A stretch of DNA of 64,000 nt, taken from the NCBI GenBank assembly GCA_965250285.1, contig OZ252299.1, forward strand, positions 5,152,001 through 5,216,000, in the 5' to 3' direction. This DNA comes from Myxococcota bacterium (GTDB lineage: Bacteria > Myxococcota_A > UBA9160 > UBA4427). The notes beneath the pieces are model-generated. The model was not told the DNA's origin, did not search any database, and worked only from the letters and a program-made list of their open reading frames with translations. Numbering within the stretch: the stretch's first letter is position 1; every line of letters starts with the position of its first letter. A program made the translations under genes and the position numbers. This document shows, piece by piece, positions 58,799 through 64,000 of the stretch.

Positions 58799-59767
58799 TC
58801 AGGCCCTGCCTTCGCTCGGGGCTTCGCCTTCGTTCCGCCCCGACCACACCTCACGCGTGAACTCACGCGCGAAGCCGAAGCCGATGATCGCACGGCTGAC
58901 GATCAGACCGAAGCTCAATGTGAGGCTCGCAGCGAGGAGCGTCTCGCTGGGGGCATGCTCGCTGAAGAGCTCGACGAACACTTTCTGCCCCGTACCCAGG
59001 CCGGCGACGGCGATGGGAATCGCCGAGACGAGCAGCAGGAGCGAGACCTTCGCGATCAGCTCGAGCCATGGCACGTACACCGCGAACGCGATCATCGTGG
59101 TCCACGCGAGCCCGATGAACGATGCGACGAAGAGGGCGCGCAGCAGACCGAGCCGGGCGAGGCAGCCTGCGGATACGGTGCGCGCGGCTCGGAAGATCTC
59201 GAGGTCGCGCAATCGATCGAGCGGGCCGAGGCGCGCGGGCGCGCGAAGCACCACGAACCCGAGCACGATCAGGCCGACGGCGCCGGCGACGAAGGCCATG
59301 CGCACGCCCGTGCCTTCGCTGCCGAGCATCAGCCCGCAGACCGTGGCGGCCACCAGCAGGCTGCCGAGATCGAAGAGCCCGATCAGCAGCACCACGCCGG
59401 CCGAGTCACTGAGCGAGAGCGAGGTGCGGCGTCGCAGAAGGATCGAGACTGCGCCCGCGCCGAGCGCATAGTTGAGGATCGCGAGCAGGTAGCTCGCCGC
59501 CTTCATCCGCGCGGCCTCCCAGAGCGCGGTGTGGCCGTGGTAGTCGCGAACGACCATCACGAGGCAGACGGCCTCGAGCCAGAGCGTGATCGCGAGGAAG
59601 GCGAGCAAGCCGGGCACGAACCACTTGAGCACCGTGGGTGTCACGGCCTGCCAGACCGCCGTGAGATCCTGCCCCTGAAGAACCCACGCGATGAACACCA
59701 CGCTCACGACGAAGGGCAACGTGATGCGCGCCCAGCGGCCGATGCGGCCCGAACCGGCTTCACTCAT
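58799..59767 (-). CDS. Lysylphosphatidylglycerol-synthase-TM / flippase-like membrane protein
   Basis: Multi-TM, IPIAVAGLGTG; ATGA overlap. Confidence 0.7.
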   Translation of the reverse strand: MSEAGSGRIGRWARITLPFVVSVVFIAWVLQGQDLTAVWQAVTPTVLKWFVPGLLAFLAITLWLEAVCLVMVVRDYHGHTALWEAARMKAASYLLAILNYALGAGAVSILLRRRTSLSLSDSAGVVLLIGLFDLGSLLVAATVCGLMLGSEGTGVRMAFVAGAVGLIVLGFVVLRAPARLGPLDRLRDLEIFRAARTVSAGCLARLGLLRALFVASFIGLAWTTMIAFAVYVPWLELIAKVSLLLLVSAIPIAVAGLGTGQKVFVELFSEHAPSETLLAASLTLSFGLIVSRAIIGFGFAREFTREVWSGRNEGEAPSEGRA

Positions 59768-61137
59768 GCAGCAGCCTTCCAGGGCAGGCCGGTGGCGTCG
59801 AGCTTGGTGAACACGACGCCGATCGTGAACACGAGGGCGACGCCGATGAAGAGCAGGGCGAGCGCGCCGTGAACCAGACGCGCCGACCAGGGGGCGGTCG
59901 CGCTCCAGCGCACCAGGCTCTCGCTCGCATAGTAGGCAAAGGGCACGCTGGCACCGAGCAGATAGCTCCCTTTGAGCGTGGCGAACCACGGGTTCCCCCA
60001 CGTGAAAACGACATAGCCGCCGAGCGTCGCACCGAGCAGCGCGAGCAGCACGCCGTCGCGCGCCGTGGGCGCACGCCACCACCGAAGGGCACCGCGCGCT
60101 GCGCCGTCGAAGAAGGCGGCGGTGGGGACGCATGCGAGCAGGAGCAGCGCAGTGCCGGCGCGCGTTGCGCCGACCGAGCTGGGCAGAAAGTGCCGGTGCC
60201 CGTCGAACCACAGCGTGGCGTAGGTCGAACCCCAGACCGAGTGCAGCAGGTCGGCGTTGAGCAGCTGCGGATCGGTGAAGGTCGCGGTCGGGAACCGGAG
60301 GTAGTCGAGCACGCCGCGCTCGCCAGGCGGCATCTCGAACATCACCGCATGCACGGCGAGGTCCTGGGGGTAGAGATACCCGTACACCAGCAGGTTGCGC
60401 GCGTAGAACCACCCTCCGATCACGCTCGCAACGGCGACCAGCACGGCCAGCGGGGGCAGAGCCTTTCGCAGCTCGCCGCGTCGCCAGGCGCTCGCTCCCC
60501 ACCCGGCGACGATCGCGAGCAGCACCAGCAGGCCCGAGAGCTTGGTGAGCCAAGCGAGGCCTGCGAGCGCGCCGATCCCTGCCGCGCGCGGCAGCATGCC
60601 GCCCGAGGCATCGTCGTCGAACGAGACGAGCGCAGCGCTCACGATCGCGAGGCTCGTCAGCGTCGCCGCGAGGATCTCTTCGCTGAACATCGCGCTCATG
60701 TAGATATGAACGGGCGCGTAGAGCACGAGCAGCGTCGCGATCATCGTGCGTTCGCCGGTGGCGCCGGGGGCGTTCGCGACGAGTCGAGCGAGGGCGGCGA
60801 TGCCGACGAGCCCGACGACGCTCGAAGCCAGGGGCACCACCCACGCGAGAGCGGGGGTCGCGTCGAAGAGACCCAGGCTCCGACCAATGAAGGCGGACGC
60901 GTAGTAGAAGAACGGCGGGTGGGCCGTGGCCCAGGCGGCGTCGGGCGCCGGGAGCGCCCACGAGCCGAGCAGGTGGTTCACGTACTCGACGTTCTCGATC
61001 GCATCGAAGCCCATGCGCGTGCGGTACTGAAATGCGTTGTTGATGCGCGCCGCGACGGCGACGAGCAGCGCGAGCGCGAACGTCGCCTGGGCGGCGCGCC
61101 CGGCGGCGACGGGCTGCGTCTCTTTGCTCGCGCTCAC
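59764..61137 (-). CDS. GT-C (family 39-like) glycosyltransferase
   Basis: GFDA, HPPFFY, SEE, LTKLSG, WFYARN; GTGA overlap. Confidence 0.8.
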   Translation of the reverse strand: MSASKETQPVAAGRAAQATFALALLVAVAARINNAFQYRTRMGFDAIENVEYVNHLLGSWALPAPDAAWATAHPPFFYYASAFIGRSLGLFDATPALAWVVPLASSVVGLVGIAALARLVANAPGATGERTMIATLLVLYAPVHIYMSAMFSEEILAATLTSLAIVSAALVSFDDDASGGMLPRAAGIGALAGLAWLTKLSGLLVLLAIVAGWGASAWRRGELRKALPPLAVLVAVASVIGGWFYARNLLVYGYLYPQDLAVHAVMFEMPPGERGVLDYLRFPTATFTDPQLLNADLLHSVWGSTYATLWFDGHRHFLPSSVGATRAGTALLLLACVPTAAFFDGAARGALRWWRAPTARDGVLLALLGATLGGYVVFTWGNPWFATLKGSYLLGASVPFAYYASESLVRWSATAPWSARLVHGALALLFIGVALVFTIGVVFTKLDATGLPWKAAA

Positions 61138-62264
61138 GGGTGCTCCGCGCGCGTTCGCTCGATGGCGTCTTGCATGTCGTCTGCGGCCCGCTCCCAATCG
61201 AAGCGCTTCGACCACTCGAGGGCCTCCGCCGACATGCGGGTCGCGAGCGCATCGTCATCGAGCAGCCGCGCGATGCGATCAGCGAACGCGTCGACGTCCT
61301 CGTCGGGCACCAGGAAGCCCGTCTCTCCGTCACGCACCGAGTCACGCAGCCCATCGGCATCGGTGGCGACGACCGGGGTCCCGGTCGCGTTCGCCTCGAT
61401 GACCGTGAGCCCCCAGCCTTCCTTCTCGGAGGGGAAGACGCAGACCCGCGCTTCGGAGAGCAGCCGGTCGCGCTCTTCGGTCGATACGAAACCGGTGAAG
61501 TGGGTGCGCGGGCCGAGACCCAGTTCGTCCGCGAGTCGCTCGAGCTCGTCCTTTGCGGGGCCGCGTCCGATCACGACGATCTCGGCGTCGGGGAAGCGGC
61601 CTTCGAGCTGTTGCATTGCGCGCAGCATGACGTCGACCTTCTTATAGACCTCGAGTCGACCCACGAAGATCACTCTTCTGGCTCGGGGCCGATTCGGATC
61701 GACGGAGATCGACGGGCGGTCGATGCCGGGGTGGCTCACTCGAACGAGATCGCCCGCGATGCCCCGTCGTACGAGATCATCGCGCGAGCTCTCCGAGATC
61801 GCGACGAATGGGCGTGACCGGTAGACCGGAGGGATGCCGCGTTCGAGGGTCCAGACGCCGGCGGCGATCGGCCAGGGCACCTGCTGGAACGCGACCTCTC
61901 CGAAGAGGTGATGGCAGAGCGCGAGCACGGGCTTCGCCGACCAGGCCGGGGAGAACCACGGCACCTTGTTCAGACACTCGACGACGACGTCGACTTCACC
62001 CCGCTTCGTCAGCCGCCTCGCTTCGATGACCGACGCAGGGTAGTAGCGGGCGAGCCCGCCGAGCCGGCGCACCTCGACATCGTCGACGATCTCGGTCTCG
62101 GCGCCGCCCGTGAAGCTGGCGGCCAGATGGATCACCGTGTGCCCGCGGCGCGCGAGGCGGCCGAAGATCTCGGTCACGTGAATCTCGGCCCCGCCCATCT
62201 TCGGGTGCTTCGGATCGCGTTCGTTGAGGATCAGGATGCGCGCGGGGCGAGAGGCCTGGGTCAT
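61134..62264 (-). CDS. Glycosyltransferase family 4
   Basis: GGAEIH, FVGRLEVYK, PSEKEGWGLTVIEA, DGETGFLV. Confidence 0.93.
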   Translation of the reverse strand: MTQASRPARILILNERDPKHPKMGGAEIHVTEIFGRLARRGHTVIHLAASFTGGAETEIVDDVEVRRLGGLARYYPASVIEARRLTKRGEVDVVVECLNKVPWFSPAWSAKPVLALCHHLFGEVAFQQVPWPIAAGVWTLERGIPPVYRSRPFVAISESSRDDLVRRGIAGDLVRVSHPGIDRPSISVDPNRPRARRVIFVGRLEVYKKVDVMLRAMQQLEGRFPDAEIVVIGRGPAKDELERLADELGLGPRTHFTGFVSTEERDRLLSEARVCVFPSEKEGWGLTVIEANATGTPVVATDADGLRDSVRDGETGFLVPDEDVDAFADRIARLLDDDALATRMSAEALEWSKRFDWERAADDMQDAIERTRAEHP

Positions 62265-62298
62265 CGAGGCGTGGATCTTCGGCGTACGAACGCCGAGG

Positions 62299-63015
62299 TC
62301 AGAGCCAGCCGAGGCGATCGGCGACGCGCAGCCACCACACGACCCACAGGGCCTCGAGGCCGATGCGCAGCGACAGCTTCGATTCACCGCGCGTGCGGTC
62401 GAGGAAGAAGAACGGGATCTCCTTGATGCGCGCACCCTGCTTCACGAAGCGATAGTTCATCTCGATCTGGAACGCGTAGCCGTCGGCCTTGATTCGCTCG
62501 AAGCCCATCCGCTCGAGCAGCGCGCGTCGCACGCAGCGAAAGCCGCCGGTGGTGTCCGAGATGGGCAAGGCCGTGACCGCCTTCGCATAGACGTTGCCGA
62601 AGTACGAGATCAGGATGCGCTCGATCGGCCAGTTGACGACGGTGATGCCGTTCAGGTAGCGCGAGCCGAGCACGACGTCGTGATCTTCGATTTCGCGCAG
62701 CATGTCCTGAATGTTCGAAGGCGGGTGCGAGAAGTCGCAGTCCATCTGGATCACGATCTCGGCACCGAGCTCGAGCGCCTTGGCCAGGCCTGCCCGGTAC
62801 GCGGCGCCGAGGCCCTGCTTCTCGGTGCGGTGGAGCACGTCGACGCGTCCAGTCTGCTCGGCCAGGTCGTCGGCGATCTTCCCCGTGCCGTCGGGCGAGC
62901 CATCGTCGACCACGAGCACGCGGATCTCGGGGTGCTGGGCCAGCACCTCGGGCACGATGAGGGGCAGGTTCTCCGCCTCGTTGTACGTCGGGATCACGAC
63001 GATGATCCGGGCCAT
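62299..63015 (-). CDS. Polyprenol-phosphate sugar (mannose-type) synthase, GT2
   Basis: IPTYNE, VVDDGSPDGT, GLGAAY, MDCDFSH, GYAFQIEM; AGGAG RBS. Confidence 0.93.
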   Translation of the reverse strand: MARIIVVIPTYNEAENLPLIVPEVLAQHPEIRVLVVDDGSPDGTGKIADDLAEQTGRVDVLHRTEKQGLGAAYRAGLAKALELGAEIVIQMDCDFSHPPSNIQDMLREIEDHDVVLGSRYLNGITVVNWPIERILISYFGNVYAKAVTALPISDTTGGFRCVRRALLERMGFERIKADGYAFQIEMNYRFVKQGARIKEIPFFFLDRTRGESKLSLRIGLEALWVVWWLRVADRLGWL

Positions 63016-63183
63016 GGGCCGCTCCTGAGCGAGGGCACGAACTCTACTCCGCGCGAGGGGGCGAGGACAAGCAAAGCCGACCTGCGTGACGTGAGTGCGC
63101 CGGGAGGGCCCTCTGGTGGCGCGGTCCCGGGCCTCGAAGGGGTTTCGCGCGCACGTGTCGCGTGCCCCGGTAGAATTCCGCCG

Positions 63184-63786
63184 ATGATCGACAACGCGTT
63201 CCGTGCGCTCCTGCCCGACCGCGTCGGTCCGCTCGTGCGTCTCTACGAGCGGCTCGGCCTGAGTCCGAACCAGCTGAGCTTCGTCGGCTTCGCCGTGGCG
63301 GTGGCTGCCGCCTCGGCCGTGGCGGTCGGGCACGCCGGGCTGGCCCTCGTGCTCTGGTGGATCTCGCGGCTCGTCGACGGGACCGACGGCATCTATGCCC
63401 GCGAGACCGGCCAGGCGACGCGGTTCGGTGCCTACCTCGACATCGTGCTCGACATGGCGGCGTACAGCGCGATGGTGCTCGGGTTCGCGTGGCGTCACCC
63501 CGAGCTCGGCTGGGCGTGGATGACCATGCTCTTTCTTTATGTCCTCTGCATCACGAGCGCGCTGGCGCTCGGGGCCGAAGAGGCCGAGGCCGGGCTCGAC
63601 GCACGGGACGATCGTGGACTTCGTCTCGGCGCGGGGCTCGCCGAAGGGGGTGAGACCGGGCTCGCCTACTCGGCGATGCTGCTCTTGCCGGGCTGGCTCG
63701 AGCCGCTCGCGATCATCTGGATCGCGGTGCTGTCGACCACGGTCGTCGCGCGCACGTTGCTGGCCGCGCGCAACTTGCGCAGCTGA
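63184..63786 (+). CDS. CDP-alcohol phosphatidyltransferase family protein
   Basis: SPNQLS; DGTDGIYAR...GAYLDIVLD signature; EGGET. Confidence 0.9.
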   Translation: MIDNAFRALLPDRVGPLVRLYERLGLSPNQLSFVGFAVAVAAASAVAVGHAGLALVLWWISRLVDGTDGIYARETGQATRFGAYLDIVLDMAAYSAMVLGFAWRHPELGWAWMTMLFLYVLCITSALALGAEEAEAGLDARDDRGLRLGAGLAEGGETGLAYSAMLLLPGWLEPLAIIWIAVLSTTVVARTLLAARNLRS

Positions 63787-64000
63787 ATCGGCCCGCGCAC
63801 GCTGCTGGCTGCGCGCAACTCGCGCGTCTGAATCGACGCGGGGTCGGCGCGCCATCGATCCCGCTCTGACGCAGCGTTTCAACAGGGCTGCAATCGCGAG
63901 CCACGTCACGTTCCCGGTGCTGGCAGACGCCTCAGGCGGCCCTCACCCTCAATTCGGTGACGCAGATCATCAAGGATTCGGGCGTTCGGGGCGATGAGAG

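Noticed and set aside
42389..61360. Apparent long fusion ORFs 42389-44647, 51767-54994 and 58799-61360
   Set aside because: The N-terminal parts are off-frame read-through of upstream genes. Real starts are at the stop/start overlaps 43726, 52966 and 59767.

Overview
This is a high-GC bacterial window; gene content suggests Myxococcota or a related deltaproteobacterium (inference only). I found no rRNA, tRNA, CRISPR array or transposase. Four blocks are visible. (1) 1-14.2 kb: mixed housekeeping and regulatory genes (NarL-type regulator, stand-alone TOPRIM protein, HAD hydrolase, NfuA-like protein, PBP transpeptidase, tandem-PilZ protein, YqgE/AlgH, frmA, TauE, HTH-citrate synthase fusion), followed by a candidate ECF-promoter-driven three-hairpin sRNA at about 14.3 kb. 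(2) 14.7-30.1 kb: a cell-surface island with an exosortase-EpsI fusion, five paralogous PEP-CTERM proteins and two small secreted dockerin-like proteins. The five paralogs share a cohesin-like beta domain and a near-invariant Y(I/V)LYTGGKGAxYL motif, and each dockerin gene lies directly upstream of one paralog. The island also holds a subtilase, a membrane-fused spermidine-synthase-like protein and a Thr-type sulfatase-like lipoprotein. This is the best candidate for an undescribed system: an exosortase-anchored, non-cellulosomal cohesin-dockerin surface display in a diderm. (3) 30-38 kb: HEAT lipoprotein, ileS (type 2), recX, mutM and rqcH/NFACT. (4) 38-64 kb: an envelope glycan/lipid modification region with an HpnN-like MMPL, two alkaline-phosphatase-superfamily lipoproteins, a desaturase, three methyltransferases, four GT-C glycosyltransferases, two polyprenol-phosphate sugar synthases, a GT4, an AlgI/AlgJ-like pair, a flippase-like protein and a CDP-alcohol phosphatidyltransferase. 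All family calls come from motif recognition by eye, with no database searches run. Many start codons were re-chosen by hand from RBS position and stop/start overlaps.
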